Shown here piece after piece: positions 19,350 through 29,748 of a stretch of DNA of 64,000 bases. Position 1 is the first letter of the stretch. The number at the start of each line of letters is the position of its first letter. Below the pieces are notes generated by a model. That model saw nothing but the letters and a program-made list of their open reading frames with translations, was not told where the DNA came from and did no database searches. A program made the translations under genes and the position numbers. Origin of the DNA: a bacterium (lineage in GTDB: Bacteria > Krumholzibacteriota > Krumholzibacteriia > LZORAL124-64-63). Location: the NCBI GenBank assembly GCA_031441465.1, contig JANOEP010000024.1, forward strand, positions 1 through 64,000. The letters are read 5' to 3'.

Positions 19350-19931
19350 TCAGTCCAGAAAATCCGCCGGGATCCCCCAGGCGCCGCTGAAGACCGTTTC
19401 GCACAGGGGCCGCCGCGTCCGGGCCGCGCCCCCCCCTTCGGGCTCGGCGGCCGGATAACCGATCGCCGCTGCGGTCACCACCTGGAAGTGTTCGGGCACG
19501 CCCGCGAGTTCGGCGACCAGCTCGGGCAGGATGCCGCCCATCTGGTGCACCGCCAAGCCACGCGCGGTGGCTTCCAGGCTCATCAACGCCATCGCCTGGC
19601 CCAGGTCGTACAGGGCTTTGCCGTTGGGTTGGCCGTTGCGCGAGAACATCGACGCGGCGACGGCGAACACCAGCGCGGACGCGTCCCGCGCCCAGGCGCG
19701 GTTGGCTTCGACCAGCCCCGACAGCGCACGCTCGAAGAGGCCGGTCTGCTCCCGGCGCACGACGAGGAAGCGCCAGGGTTGTTCGTTGTAGCTGGACGGG
19801 GCCCAGCGGGCGGCCTCGAACAGGGAACACAGATCCGCGTTGCCGACGGTGCGAGGCTGGTACGCGTAAGGGCTCCAGCGGTCGGCGATGGCGTCAAGTA
19901 CGGGATGAGTAATGGGAGCCCGCATCGGCAT
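19350..19931 (-). CDS. Nitroreductase family protein
   Basis: 'RWSP', 'AARWAPSSYNEQPWRF', 'HQMGG'. Confidence 0.93.
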   Translation of the reverse strand: MPMRAPITHPVLDAIADRWSPYAYQPRTVGNADLCSLFEAARWAPSSYNEQPWRFLVVRREQTGLFERALSGLVEANRAWARDASALVFAVAASMFSRNGQPNGKALYDLGQAMALMSLEATARGLAVHQMGGILPELVAELAGVPEHFQVVTAAAIGYPAAEPEGGGAARTRRPLCETVFSGAWGIPADFLD

Positions 19932-19932
19932 G

Positions 19933-20379
19933 TCAGTCCCTCCTGCTCGTGATGGCTCTTTGCAGCAGGTCGTCGAGCGACTCGATTTCCTTCAACGACA
20001 GCCCCCGCAGCGATTCTTCGTGCAGGGCGAGGGTCGGCGCGTCCAGCCGCACGAGCAGCGCCAGGCCGGCGGCCTCGATCCGCACGTGCACCACGCGTCG
20101 GTCCTCGCGGCACCGTTCGCGGCGCACCAGGCCGGCCGCCTCCAGGCGATCGACGAGTCGGGTGACGTCCGGCACGCGGGTGATCATGGCGGCGGCGACG
20201 CCCGTGCCGGTCAGGCCGGCCGGTCCGGCGCCGCGCAGGATACGCAGCACGTTGTACTGCGGCGCGGTGACGCCGTGCTTCTTCAGCAGGGCGGTCACGT
20301 CCGCCAGCAGGGCTTCGTGCAGCCACAGCAGGTCCAGCAGGACGGTACGGCTGAGCAGGGCGCGGTTCGCAGCGGGCAC
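19933..20379 (-). CDS. MarR family transcriptional regulator
   Basis: 'QYNVLRILRG', 'PDVTRLVDRLE..GLV.R...EDRR'; AAGGAGG RBS before GTG. Confidence 0.92.
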   Translation of the reverse strand: MPAANRALLSRTVLLDLLWLHEALLADVTALLKKHGVTAPQYNVLRILRGAGPAGLTGTGVAAAMITRVPDVTRLVDRLEAAGLVRRERCREDRRVVHVRIEAAGLALLVRLDAPTLALHEESLRGLSLKEIESLDDLLQRAITSRRD

Positions 20380-20444
20380 CAGGTACCTCCTTTGTCGGTG
20401 GAGCCTCGGCCACCAAACGTGAGTCCCAACGTAAGTTCGGCGAT

Positions 20445-20462
20445 TGTCTGTTGCAACGGATA
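20445..20462. promoter_or_regulatory. Putative MarR operator palindrome
   Basis: TGTCTGTTGCAACGGATA: perfect 8-bp GTTGCAAC core, 14/18 symmetric, ~65 bp upstream of marR. Confidence 0.6.
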
Positions 20463-20480
20463 TCTGGGGCGGGCGGGTGT

Positions 20481-21482
20481 TCAGGCGCCGCGGGCGTCGA
20501 GCAGCAGGCGGGCGGCCAGTCCGGGCGGGATCTCGCCGGCGCGCACCCGGCGCTCGAGGTCGGGCAGCAGGCGGCGCACGGCCGGATCGTGGCGCAGGCC
20601 TTCGCGCAGACGGTCCTCGACCAGGGACCACATCCAGCGCAGCTGCTGGTGCTGGCGGCGGTCGGCGAGGGCGCCGTTGGCGGACATCGTCGTGCGGTGG
20701 TGGACCAGCTCGCGCCACAGGTCGTCGAGACCCTCGCCCGTCGCCGCGCTCACGCAGTGCACGGGCACCGTCCAGTCGGCGTGCGGCGGGCGCATGTAGT
20801 GCAGCGCGGTGCGGATCTCGGCCGCGGCCAGCGCGGCGGCGGCGCGGTTGTCGCCGTCGGCCTTGTTGACCGCGACCACGTCGGCCAGCTCCATGACGCC
20901 GCGCTTGATGCCCTGCAGCTCGTCGCCGGCGCCGGCCAGCGTGATCAGCAGGAAGACGTCGACCATCTCCGCGACGACGGTCTCGCTCTGCCCCACGCCC
21001 ACCGTCTCGACCAGCACCACGTCGTGGCCGGCGGCTTCGCACAGCAGCATGGTCTCGCGGGTCTTGCGGCCGACGCCGCCGAGGGTGCGGGCGCTGGGGC
21101 TGGGCCGGATGAAGGCGGCGGGGTCGGCGGCCAGGCGCCCCATGCGGGTCTTGTCGCCCAGGATGCTGCCGCCGGTCAGGCTGCTGCTGGGATCGATGGC
21201 CAGCACCGCGACGCGATGCCCACGCCCGGTCAGCCGCGTGCCCAGCACGTCGATGAGGCTGCTCTTGCCGGCGCCCGGCACGCCGGTCACGCCGACGCGG
21301 TGCGCGGCGCCGGTGCGCGGCAGCAGGCGCGCGAGCAGTTCCTGGGCGAGGCGCTGGTGGTCCTCGCGGCCGCTCTCCACCAAGGTGATGGCGCGGCCCA
21401 GCACGGCGCGGTCGCCGGCGACGACACCGGACTCGAAAGCGTCCAGGTCCAGCCCGCCGGCCCGGTGCCCGCCCGCCGTCAC
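20481..21482 (-). CDS. meaB: Methylmalonyl-CoA mutase-associated GTPase MeaB
   Basis: 'GVPGAGKSS', 'DPSS...[11 protein letters not shown]', 'ETVGVGQSE', 'NKAD'. Confidence 0.96.
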   Translation of the reverse strand: MTAGGHRAGGLDLDAFESGVVAGDRAVLGRAITLVESGREDHQRLAQELLARLLPRTGAAHRVGVTGVPGAGKSSLIDVLGTRLTGRGHRVAVLAIDPSSSLTGGSILGDKTRMGRLAADPAAFIRPSPSARTLGGVGRKTRETMLLCEAAGHDVVLVETVGVGQSETVVAEMVDVFLLITLAGAGDELQGIKRGVMELADVVAVNKADGDNRAAAALAAAEIRTALHYMRPPHADWTVPVHCVSAATGEGLDDLWRELVHHRTTMSANGALADRRQHQQLRWMWSLVEDRLREGLRHDPAVRRLLPDLERRVRAGEIPPGLAARLLLDARGA

Positions 21483-23629
21483 GAGCCCGCGCCCAGGAGG
21501 CGGTCGAGCAGAGCTTCCGCGGCCGTGGCGATGACCGTGCCGGGCGGGAAAATCGCCGCGGCGCCCGCTTCGCGCAGCGCCGGGTAATCGTCGGGCGGGA
21601 TGACCCCGCCGGCCACGATCAGGATGTCCGGCCGGCCGAGCTTGACCAGCTCGTCGCGCAGCGCGGGCACCAGCGTGAGGTGCCCGGCGGCCAGCGAACT
21701 CACGCCGACGATGTGCACGTCGTTCTCGACGGCCTGCCGGGCCGTCTCCTGCGGCGTCTGGAACAGCGGTCCCACGTCGACGTCGAAGCCGAGGTCGGCG
21801 AACGCGGTCGCGATCACTTTCTGACCGCGGTCGTGGCCGTCCTGGCCCATCTTGGCCACCAGGATGCGCGGACGGCGGCCCTCGCGCTCGGCGAAGTCCT
21901 CGACCCGGCGCCGCACCCGCCGCAGATCTTCGTCGCGTTCGCCCATCTCGCCGCCGTACACCCCGCTGATGATGTTGCCGGTCGCCTGGTGGCGGCCGAA
22001 GACCTGTTCCAAAGCCAGGCTGATCTCCCCCACCGTGGCGCAGGCGCGCGCCGCGGCCACCGACAGGTCGAGCAGGTTGCCCCGTCCCGACCCCGCGCAG
22101 GCGGTCAGGTCCGCGAGAGCGCGGTCGACGGCCGCCTGGTCACGGCCGGCCCGCAGTTCGCGCAGCCGCGCGATCTGGGACGCGCGGACCTGCGAGTTGT
22201 CGACCTTCAGGACCTCGATCCGCTCCGGCTCCTCCGGCACGTGGCGGTTGACGCCCACGACGGTCTGACGGCCCGTGTCGATGCGCGCCTGGGTGCGGGC
22301 GGCCGCCTCCTCGATGCGCTGCTTCGGGATGCCCCGTTCGATGGCGCGGGCCATGCCGCCCAGCTCCTCCACCTCGGCGAGGCGCTGCTTGGCCCGGTCG
22401 GCCAGCTCCCGGGTCAGCCGCTCGACGTACCAGCTGCCGCCCCAGGGGTCCACCGTGCGGCAGGTGTCGGTTTCCTGCTGCAGGTAGAGCTGCGTGTTGC
22501 GCGCGATGCGGGCCGAGAAATCCGTCGGCAGCGCCAGGGCCTCGTCCAGCGAGTTGGTGTGCAGCGACTGGGTGTGGCCGTGGACCGCCGCCATCGCCTC
22601 CACGCAGGTGCGCGCCACGTTGTTGTGGACGTCCTGCGCCGTCAAGCTCCAGCCCGAGGTCTGGCTGTGCGTGCGCAGGCTCAGCGACTTCGGGTTGCGC
22701 GGTCCGAACGGCTGCACCAGCTGCGCCCAGAGCAGGCGCGCGGCCCGCAGCTTGGCCACCTCCATGAAGTAGTTCATCCCGACGGCCCAGAAGAATGACA
22801 GGCGCGGGGCGAAGTCGTCAACCGCGAGTCCGGCCCCGAGCCCGGTCCGGATGTACTCGACCCCGTCGGCCAGGGTGTAGGCCAGTTCGAGGTCGGCGGT
22901 CGCGCCCGCCTCCTGCATGTGGTAGCCGGAGATCGAGATCGAGTTGAAGCGCGGCATCCGCCGCGCCGTGTAGGCGAAGATGTCGCCGACGATGCGCAGG
23001 CTCGGCGCCGGCGGGTAGATGTAGGTGTTGCGGACCATGAACTCCTTGAGGATGTCGTTCTGGATGGTCCCGGCCAGCTTCTCGGGCGGCACGCCCTGCT
23101 CCTCGGCCGCCACGATGTACAGGGCGAGGATCGGCAGCACGGCGCCGTTCATGGTCATCGACACCGACATCCGGTCCAGCGGGATGCCGTCGAACAGGAC
23201 GCGCATGTCGGCGATGGAGTCGATGGCCACCCCGGCCATGCCCACGTCGCCCACGACGCGCGGGTGGTCGGAGTCGTAGCCGCGGTGGGTCGCGAGGTCG
23301 AAGGCGATGGACAGGCCCTTCTGCCCGGCGGCGAGGTTGCGGCGGTAGAAGGCGTTGCTCGCCTCGGCGGTGGAGAAGCCCGCGTACTGGCGCACGGTCC
23401 ACGGCTGCAGCACGTACATCGTGGGGTAGGGGCCACGCACGAAAGGCGGCAAACCGGGCAGGGAGTCGAGGTGGTCGAGGCCCACGACGTCGTCGGGGCC
23501 GTAGCAGCGCCGCACCGCGATGCCCTCGGGCGTCGGCCAGTCCTCGCCCGCCGCCGGCGGGGCCGCGTCCGCAGCCGCGATCGCACCGGCTTGCAGGGGG
23601 ACCCGCGTGAAATCGGGGAAATGCGTCAT
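21479..23629 (-). CDS. mutB: Methylmalonyl-CoA mutase, catalytic B12-binding subunit
   Basis: 'WTVRQYAGF', '[10 protein letters not shown]', 'ARIARNTQ', B12 motif 'QDGHDRG', 'SSLAAGH'. Confidence 0.97.
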   Translation of the reverse strand: MTHFPDFTRVPLQAGAIAAADAAPPAAGEDWPTPEGIAVRRCYGPDDVVGLDHLDSLPGLPPFVRGPYPTMYVLQPWTVRQYAGFSTAEASNAFYRRNLAAGQKGLSIAFDLATHRGYDSDHPRVVGDVGMAGVAIDSIADMRVLFDGIPLDRMSVSMTMNGAVLPILALYIVAAEEQGVPPEKLAGTIQNDILKEFMVRNTYIYPPAPSLRIVGDIFAYTARRMPRFNSISISGYHMQEAGATADLELAYTLADGVEYIRTGLGAGLAVDDFAPRLSFFWAVGMNYFMEVAKLRAARLLWAQLVQPFGPRNPKSLSLRTHSQTSGWSLTAQDVHNNVARTCVEAMAAVHGHTQSLHTNSLDEALALPTDFSARIARNTQLYLQQETDTCRTVDPWGGSWYVERLTRELADRAKQRLAEVEELGGMARAIERGIPKQRIEEAAARTQARIDTGRQTVVGVNRHVPEEPERIEVLKVDNSQVRASQIARLRELRAGRDQAAVDRALADLTACAGSGRGNLLDLSVAAARACATVGEISLALEQVFGRHQATGNIISGVYGGEMGERDEDLRRVRRRVEDFAEREGRRPRILVAKMGQDGHDRGQKVIATAFADLGFDVDVGPLFQTPQETARQAVENDVHIVGVSSLAAGHLTLVPALRDELVKLGRPDILIVAGGVIPPDDYPALREAGAAAIFPPGTVIATAAEALLDRLLGAGS

Positions 23630-25545
23630 CGCGGCACCTCCAACCCGTCCAGCAGGACGCCGAGGGTCTCCAGCACGTCGCAGCCGAGGTGGATCACCCG
23701 GTCCACGCCCGCAGCCCGCCAGGCCGCCTCGTGGTCACCCAGCCGGCCGGCCACCACGACCATCGCGGCGCCCGCGCTCTTGAGCGCCGCGGCCGCGGCC
23801 GGCAGGCGCTCGGCGTAGACCTCGTCCGTGGAGCAGATCACCGCCAACCGGCAACCGCTGCGGCGCCAGGCCGCCGCCAGGGCGACGGGGTCGTCGTACC
23901 CGTCCTCCCCCTCGGCCTCGATGCCGCCCGCGGCGAGCAGGTTGCGGGCGAAAGCCGCGCGGGCGGCGTGCTGGGCGGGGCAGCCCAGGTTGGCCAGGAA
24001 CGCACGCGGTCGCGCTCCGGTGGCCGCGAGGTGCCGGTCCGCCGCGTCGCGCATGGCCTCGAAGGGTTCGGCCAGCCGCGCAGCGGTCAGGGGCGCGATG
24101 GTGTCCTGCAGCGGCGCCCGGGTCGCCGGTGCTCCGGCCGGCGGAGCGGGGCGCGGGCGGGCCACGGTGCGTTCGTCCAGCTGGGGGTACTCGCTGACTC
24201 CCGTCAGAGGTATCCGGCGGGTGGCGACGTCGCGCGCGCGGGCCTGCCGGGTCGCGGCGATCCGCGCCTGGAACCAGCCGTCGCGCAGGCAGGCGACCAA
24301 CCCGCCGCGGCCCTCGAGTTCCTGGAACAGGCTCCAGGCGCGCTCGGCCAAGGCCGCGGTCCGCGCCTCGAGGTGCCAGCAGCCGCCGGCGGGATCCAGC
24401 ACCCGCCCCAGGTGCGCCTCCTGCTGCAGCACGATCTGCACGTTGCGGGCGAGACGGCGGCTGAAGTCGTCGGGCGCGTTGACGGCGGCGTCGAAGGGCA
24501 GGACGGTCACGACCTCGGCGCCGCCGACCGCCGCGGCGAAGGCGGCCGTGGTGGTGCGCAGCAGGTTCACCCAGGGATCGCGCGCCGTCATCATCCGCCA
24601 GGAGGTGCGCGCGTGCAGGTGGGCGCACCTCGACTCCGGCGCGCCTCCGCTCGCTTCGATCAGCCGCGACCAGACGGTGCGCAGGGCCCGCAGCTTGGCG
24701 ATGTCGCCGAAAAACTGCCCGTCGACCGCGACGCAGACGTGGATCTGGCGCGCCGCCGTCGTCAGGTCCAGCCCCCCCGCGTCCATGGCCTTCAGGTAAC
24801 CGAGCCCCCCCGACAGGATGGCGGCGAGTTCCTGGACGTCGTCCGCGCCCGCGTCGTGGAAGGGGCAGCCCGCCACCTTCACGGCGCGGACCCGCGGGGT
24901 CTCCCGCGCGCAGAAGGCCGCCAACGCCGCCATGTCCGCCAGCAGCGCTGCGATGCCGCCCGGCACGCCGCCCTTGACGATCCAGGCCGCCACCGGGTCG
25001 GCCAGCAGGTCGGCCCGCACCTCGCCGGCCGCGACGCCGCGTCGCTCCCAGACCTCGCGCAACTGCTGCGACGCCTGGACGAAGCGGGCGCCTGCTTTCA
25101 GGGCGATCCGGGCCGTCGCGAGGTCGGCGCCGGCCAGAGCCAGGTCGAGGTCGGCGGCGCTGCGGACCGCGACGCCCGTCAGTCCGGTGGGGTCCAAGGC
25201 CAATTGGACCGAGGTGGCGCCTCGGGCCAGTTCCTGGCGGACCTCCTGCCCGGCGAGCGTCGGATCCGGATGCGTCACTTCCTGGCGGATGTCCCAGCCG
25301 GGCGCCGCCTCGCCGCCCTGCGCTCCCCTGGTGAAGGGAGCCCGGCCCGGCCAACCAGCGCCCGTGACGGAGCCGGGAAGATCGGCCCGCGTGTAGAGCG
25401 GCAGGATCTCGATCCCTTCCAGGGTCCGAGTCACGAGCCTCTTGGCGAAGGGGGCTCCGGCGAGGTCTTTTTCGACCAGGGCGCGCCATTGTTCGAGGCT
25501 GGGGGGCGGGAAGGGCGGCGGGGCGACAGGCTCGTGAGCAGGCAT
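23626..25545 (-). CDS. mutA: Methylmalonyl-CoA mutase small (non-catalytic) subunit
   Basis: 'PFTRG', 'IAKLRALR', 'DPWVNLLR', 'ICSTD..Y'; lacks DxHxxG; ATGA overlap with mutB. Confidence 0.92.
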   Translation of the reverse strand: MPAHEPVAPPPFPPPSLEQWRALVEKDLAGAPFAKRLVTRTLEGIEILPLYTRADLPGSVTGAGWPGRAPFTRGAQGGEAAPGWDIRQEVTHPDPTLAGQEVRQELARGATSVQLALDPTGLTGVAVRSAADLDLALAGADLATARIALKAGARFVQASQQLREVWERRGVAAGEVRADLLADPVAAWIVKGGVPGGIAALLADMAALAAFCARETPRVRAVKVAGCPFHDAGADDVQELAAILSGGLGYLKAMDAGGLDLTTAARQIHVCVAVDGQFFGDIAKLRALRTVWSRLIEASGGAPESRCAHLHARTSWRMMTARDPWVNLLRTTTAAFAAAVGGAEVVTVLPFDAAVNAPDDFSRRLARNVQIVLQQEAHLGRVLDPAGGCWHLEARTAALAERAWSLFQELEGRGGLVACLRDGWFQARIAATRQARARDVATRRIPLTGVSEYPQLDERTVARPRPAPPAGAPATRAPLQDTIAPLTAARLAEPFEAMRDAADRHLAATGARPRAFLANLGCPAQHAARAAFARNLLAAGGIEAEGEDGYDDPVALAAAWRRSGCRLAVICSTDEVYAERLPAAAAALKSAGAAMVVVAGRLGDHEAAWRAAGVDRVIHLGCDVLETLGVLLDGLEVPR

Positions 25546-25727
25546 CTCGAGTCTCCCGGTCGATGATCAAACCATCTTTTTTTTCAAGAGACTACGCCGA
25601 TCAGCTTCGTGCGGTCCCTCAGAGTCGCTACGTTAGGCGACAGCCTGTTAATTCACAAACATAAGGTTGGGGCCACCCCACGCGAATCGTGTGCCGGTCG
25701 GGGCGGCGGGGCGGGATCGGCGGGCGC

Positions 25728-25970
25728 TCAGCCCTCAGCAGCGTCCTTCCTGAGTTCCTGGGGAGTTTGGCCGGGCACGGCCACGGCGGCGTGGGGGGGC
25801 GGATCCGAAATGGCGACTCGGTCCTCGGCGACCTCATCCTCGACCAAGGCCGTCAACCGGTCGAGTTGGGCGGCGATCTGGGCCAGTTCCTCGACGAGGC
25901 GGGCTCGGGCCGCTTCGTCCAAGTCGAGGGCCGCCAGAGCTGCCTGCCGGCGTTCCTGATCCTGGTCCAT
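25728..25970 (-). CDS. Small protein, GatC-like
   Basis: AGGAGG RBS; helical pattern resembles the GatC N-terminus; 'LRKD' near the end. Confidence 0.55.
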   Translation of the reverse strand: MDQDQERRQAALAALDLDEAARARLVEELAQIAAQLDRLTALVEDEVAEDRVAISDPPPHAAVAVPGQTPQELRKDAAEG

Positions 25971-26114
25971 GCTACCTCCTGGGCCGAATTCCCGTTGCTG
26001 AGGGGCGAGCGGCCCACCCCTGAAGCCGGCGACCCGGGGTTGGGTCCGGCGGCCGATCTGTCGTAAGATGGGGTGATCCTAACCGATCCTGGCCCAGGAA
26101 GGAAGAGCGAGTCC

Positions 26115-28163
26115 GTGGTCCCTCCGCGCCACCCCCCCAGCCCCCGTGCGGCCCTGCCGGCCGCCGTCGTGGCGGCGATGATCGCCGTCCTCGTCGCCAC
26201 GGCCGGCTCGGCAGCCCCGGCGCCGCCCCCGGAGCCGCCCCTCGACGCTGCCTATTGGGAGCGCCCCGGTTCGCCGGCGTTGCTGCCGGGCAGCGACGAG
26301 CCCGCCCCCCGCGACGATGATCGCGGGTACGACGTCCTGAACTACAGTTTGGACCTGCGCCTGGATCCGGCCGCTCGCAGCGTGACCGGCAGCGTGCTGA
26401 TGACCCTGGCGTTCCCCGCCGGCCATCCCCCCGACACCCTGGTCGTGGACCTGGACGAACCGCTGGTCGTGGACGCCGTCGTCTGGGACCTGCAGCCCGC
26501 GTCCCTGGTGCGGACGGGCGAGGAACTGCACATCGCGGCCCCGCCCGGCCCCGCCGCCGGGGCGGTCGTGCGGATCGTCTACCACGGCGAACCCCAGCGC
26601 CACGGCGCCTACGCGGCGGGCATGCTGTTCCGCGCGCAGGGCGATTCGCCGCAGGTCCCGATCGGCCCGACGATCCTCACCATGAGCGAACCCTGGTCGG
26701 CCCACGCCTGGTGGCCCTGCAAGGATCATCCGGCGGACAAGGCCACGGTGCGGCTGGCGCTGACGGTGCCGGACTCGCTCGTCGCCGTGGCCAACGGCCT
26801 GCTCGTCGCCGACGAGCCCGCCGAGCCGGGGTGGCGCCGCACCGTCTGGGAGACCGGCTACCCGACTTCCACCTACCTGGTCGCGGTGCACGTGGCCGGC
26901 TACGCCGCCTGGCAGGAAACCTGCGACCTGGCCGGCGGTCCGCTGCCGCTGACCTTCCACGTCTTCCCGCGGCACGAAGCGGCGGCGCGTTTCGACCTGG
27001 CCCCCACCTGCGACATGCTGCGCTTCCTCGAGGACCTGGCCGGGCCCTACCCGTTCGCCGCCGAACGCTACGGTCAGGTCGAATTCAAATGGGGCGGCGC
27101 CATGGAACACCAGACGTGCACGAGCCTGGGCAGCGTCGTGCTGCGGGGCGACGGCCGCTACCGCAACGTGGTCCTGCACGAGATGGCCCACCAGTGGTTC
27201 GGCGACCTGGTGACGCCGGCGGACTGGCCGGACGTCTGGCTGAACGAGGGGTTTGCGACCTACTGCGAAGCGCTCTGGCTGGAGCACACGGAAGGTCCGG
27301 CCGGCCTGCGCCGGCGCCTGGAGTCCATCGGGCCGGGCCAACACCCGTCCCTGTTCGAGGGCGAGGGCCTGCTGACCGACCCCGAACCCGTCCTGCCCAA
27401 CATCCTGGTCTACCACAAGGGCGCCTGGGTGCTACACATGCTGCGCGGGGCGATGGGCGACGCCGCCTTCCGCGACTTCCTGCGCGACTGGGTCGGGTCG
27501 CCGCAGCGCGCCTACGCCCACGCCACGACCGCCGACCTGGTCCGCGTCGTCGGCGAGCACGCCCCCTTCGACGCCGCCGCGTTCCTGGAACCCTGGCTGT
27601 ACACCGACGCGGTGCCGTACCTGTCTTGGTCGGCCAGCCCGGAGCCGACCTCGGCCGGCGGCACCCGCGTGACGGCGTCCCTGCGCCAGCTCCAGCGGAC
27701 GCCCTTCGACCTGGCCGTGCCGCTGCGCCTGCTGACCGACCGCGCCGTCCTGGACACGACCGTATGGCTGCGCACGCCGCAGCAGTCCTGGACTTTCGAC
27801 CTGCCCGGCGAGTGGAAGGGGTTGGAAGTGGACCCCGACGGCTGGGTGCTGATGGCGCGGCGTCCCCTGCCCGACCCGCCGGTCAGGCTGCTGGCCGTCC
27901 ACCCGGACCCGGCGGGCCCCGCGGGCGCGACGCTCAGCTTCCGGGTGTCGGCGGGCGGACCCGTCGCGGTGGAGCTCGTGGACGTGGGCGGTCGGCGACG
28001 CGGGCGCTGGGAACTCGGCACGCTGGCCGCCCGAGACGAGCCCTACCCCTGGCGCTGGCGGGGCGACGACGGCGAGGGCCGCCCGGTCCCGTCCGGGATC
28101 TACTGGCTGTCGGTGAGCGGGGGCGGGCGGCGCAGCGTCGTCAAGGTGGCGCTCGTGCGATGA
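26115..28163 (+). CDS. Secreted M1 family aminopeptidase with FlgD-like/T9SS-like C-terminal domain
   Basis: Signal peptide, 'WWPCKDHP.DKA', 'GAMEH', HEMAH-x18-E, 'YHKGAWVLHMLR', CTD 'DVGGR...W.GDD..GRPVPSGIY'; start uncertain (26073-26179). Confidence 0.92.
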   Translation: MVPPRHPPSPRAALPAAVVAAMIAVLVATAGSAAPAPPPEPPLDAAYWERPGSPALLPGSDEPAPRDDDRGYDVLNYSLDLRLDPAARSVTGSVLMTLAFPAGHPPDTLVVDLDEPLVVDAVVWDLQPASLVRTGEELHIAAPPGPAAGAVVRIVYHGEPQRHGAYAAGMLFRAQGDSPQVPIGPTILTMSEPWSAHAWWPCKDHPADKATVRLALTVPDSLVAVANGLLVADEPAEPGWRRTVWETGYPTSTYLVAVHVAGYAAWQETCDLAGGPLPLTFHVFPRHEAAARFDLAPTCDMLRFLEDLAGPYPFAAERYGQVEFKWGGAMEHQTCTSLGSVVLRGDGRYRNVVLHEMAHQWFGDLVTPADWPDVWLNEGFATYCEALWLEHTEGPAGLRRRLESIGPGQHPSLFEGEGLLTDPEPVLPNILVYHKGAWVLHMLRGAMGDAAFRDFLRDWVGSPQRAYAHATTADLVRVVGEHAPFDAAAFLEPWLYTDAVPYLSWSASPEPTSAGGTRVTASLRQLQRTPFDLAVPLRLLTDRAVLDTTVWLRTPQQSWTFDLPGEWKGLEVDPDGWVLMARRPLPDPPVRLLAVHPDPAGPAGATLSFRVSAGGPVAVELVDVGGRRRGRWELGTLAARDEPYPWRWRGDDGEGRPVPSGIYWLSVSGGGRRSVVKVALVR

Positions 28164-28239
28164 GGCGCAATGTGCAGCGGGGGACTCCCCAGAGCCCCCC
28201 GCCGGTCGCGGGCCTCGGCCCGCGCTGCACGCCGAGGGG

Positions 28240-29631
28240 CTAAGCCGCCGGCGTTGCCTCGAGCGGGGCGTCGACGTTCCGGCCGTGGCACACCGTCCGG
28301 TTGCGGCCGCCCTCCTTGGCGGCGTAGAGCGCCTCGTCGGCCCGCTTCAGGATCGACTCCTCTTTATCCTCGCGCCCCCGCAGCTGCCCGATGCCGGCGC
28401 TGACGGTCACCGGGATCTCCAGCCCGCCGTCGTTCACCGGTGTCGCGGCCACGGCCAGGCGGACCCGCTCACCCACCCGGATCAGCGCTTCCTCGCCGGC
28501 GCCCGGCACGATGACCACGAACTCCTCGCCGCCGTAGCGCAGCAGCACGTCGCTCTCGCGCAGGGCGCTCTGGGCGCGCCGCGCCGTCTCGGCCAGCACG
28601 CGGTCGCCGGCGAGGTGCCCGTAGGTGTCGTTGACGAGCTTGAAGTGGTCGATGTCGAACATCACCACGCCCAAGGGGGTGCCCTGGCGCATCGCGCCCT
28701 GGAACTCCTCGCGCAGGCGGCGCATGCCGAAGCGGCGGTTCAGGACACCGGTCAGCGTGTCGATCGCCGCGATCCTTTGCAGGCGGGCGTGGGTGACGGC
28801 GTTGTTGAGGGCCAGACCCATCCCCTGCTGGAACAGCCGCACCAACCACATGGCGTCCTTGCCGAGCATGGCGTCCGAGGCGATGACCACGGCGCCCAGC
28901 GCCTGCGCCTCGTAGACGATGGGCACGACCAGCACCTGCCGCGGCTTGAACTGGGTGACCACGCCCTCGAGCGCGATGTCGCGGGGGATGCGCACGATCT
29001 GCACCTGCTGCGTATCCAGGGCGCGACGCACATGATCGCTTTCGGGCAGGCGGCTCACGTCGCTCAGGCCGTGGTTGGCGGCGACCGTCAGCTCGGTTTC
29101 CTCGCGCACGAGCACGCAGCCCGCGGTGGCCCCCGTCTGTTCCAGCACCAGTTCGATCGCGGCGCGACAGAGCGCCTCGACCTCGAGCTTGGTCGAGAGG
29201 GTCTCGGTCAGTTCGCTGGACGCCGCCTCCATCTTGTGGGCGTGGACCACCTCGTGCAGCAGGGCGTTGAAGGCTTCGGCCGTGTGGCCGATCTCGTCGT
29301 CGCTGGTGACCGGCACGGCGCAGTGCTCGGCGTTGCAGGCGCGCCAGTCCCGGCTGAACGAAGCTTCGCGGACGCCCTCCTCGACCTCGCGCATGCGCCC
29401 GACCACGATCTGCAGTTCCGCGCGCACGACCCGGGTCGCCAACCGGTGGTTCAGCCAGCCGACGGCGGCGCCCGCCGCCAGCGTGCCGAGGAACGTCGTC
29501 CAACGCAGGGCCAACGCCGCCGGCACCCCGATCAGCAGCAGGAAGAACGGGAAGACGAGCCCCACGCCCACGCCCAACCCGATCATCCAGTACCTGAGGT
29601 CCGCAAAGACCGATTCGGTGAATCTCTTCAT
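28240..29631 (-). CDS. Membrane diguanylate cyclase (2TM-HAMP-like-GAF-GGDEF)
   Basis: 'DTLTGVLNRR', 'DIDHFK.VND.YGH..GD', I-site RESD, GGEEF. Confidence 0.93.
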   Translation of the reverse strand: MKRFTESVFADLRYWMIGLGVGVGLVFPFFLLLIGVPAALALRWTTFLGTLAAGAAVGWLNHRLATRVVRAELQIVVGRMREVEEGVREASFSRDWRACNAEHCAVPVTSDDEIGHTAEAFNALLHEVVHAHKMEAASSELTETLSTKLEVEALCRAAIELVLEQTGATAGCVLVREETELTVAANHGLSDVSRLPESDHVRRALDTQQVQIVRIPRDIALEGVVTQFKPRQVLVVPIVYEAQALGAVVIASDAMLGKDAMWLVRLFQQGMGLALNNAVTHARLQRIAAIDTLTGVLNRRFGMRRLREEFQGAMRQGTPLGVVMFDIDHFKLVNDTYGHLAGDRVLAETARRAQSALRESDVLLRYGGEEFVVIVPGAGEEALIRVGERVRLAVAATPVNDGGLEIPVTVSAGIGQLRGREDKEESILKRADEALYAAKEGGRNRTVCHGRNVDAPLEATPAA

Positions 29632-29676
29632 CGCGACATCCTGGTGAATTTTTCTCCCTCCTGGCGAACGGAGCAG

Positions 29677-29703
29677 CTATCGGCAGGGTGGGCCGCCGCT
29701 TGA
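29677..29703 (-). promoter_or_regulatory. Sigma-28 (FliA/SigD)-type promoter of the diguanylate cyclase
   Basis: TCAA-15 bp-GCCGATAG on the minus strand, 45 bp upstream of ATG. Confidence 0.75.
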
Positions 29704-29748
29704 GGGATTGTCGCTTCGTTGAACGGGGAATGTCGGTCCGCCGGCGCG

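Noticed and set aside
25546..25727. Cobalamin riboswitch upstream of the B12-dependent mutase
   Set aside because: No B12-box or GGGAA/GCCACTG core elements visible
25653..25730. Selenocysteine or other read-through of the GatC-like ORF's TGA
   Set aside because: The downstream frame is Pro-rich, does not restore a GatC tail, and shows no convincing SECIS
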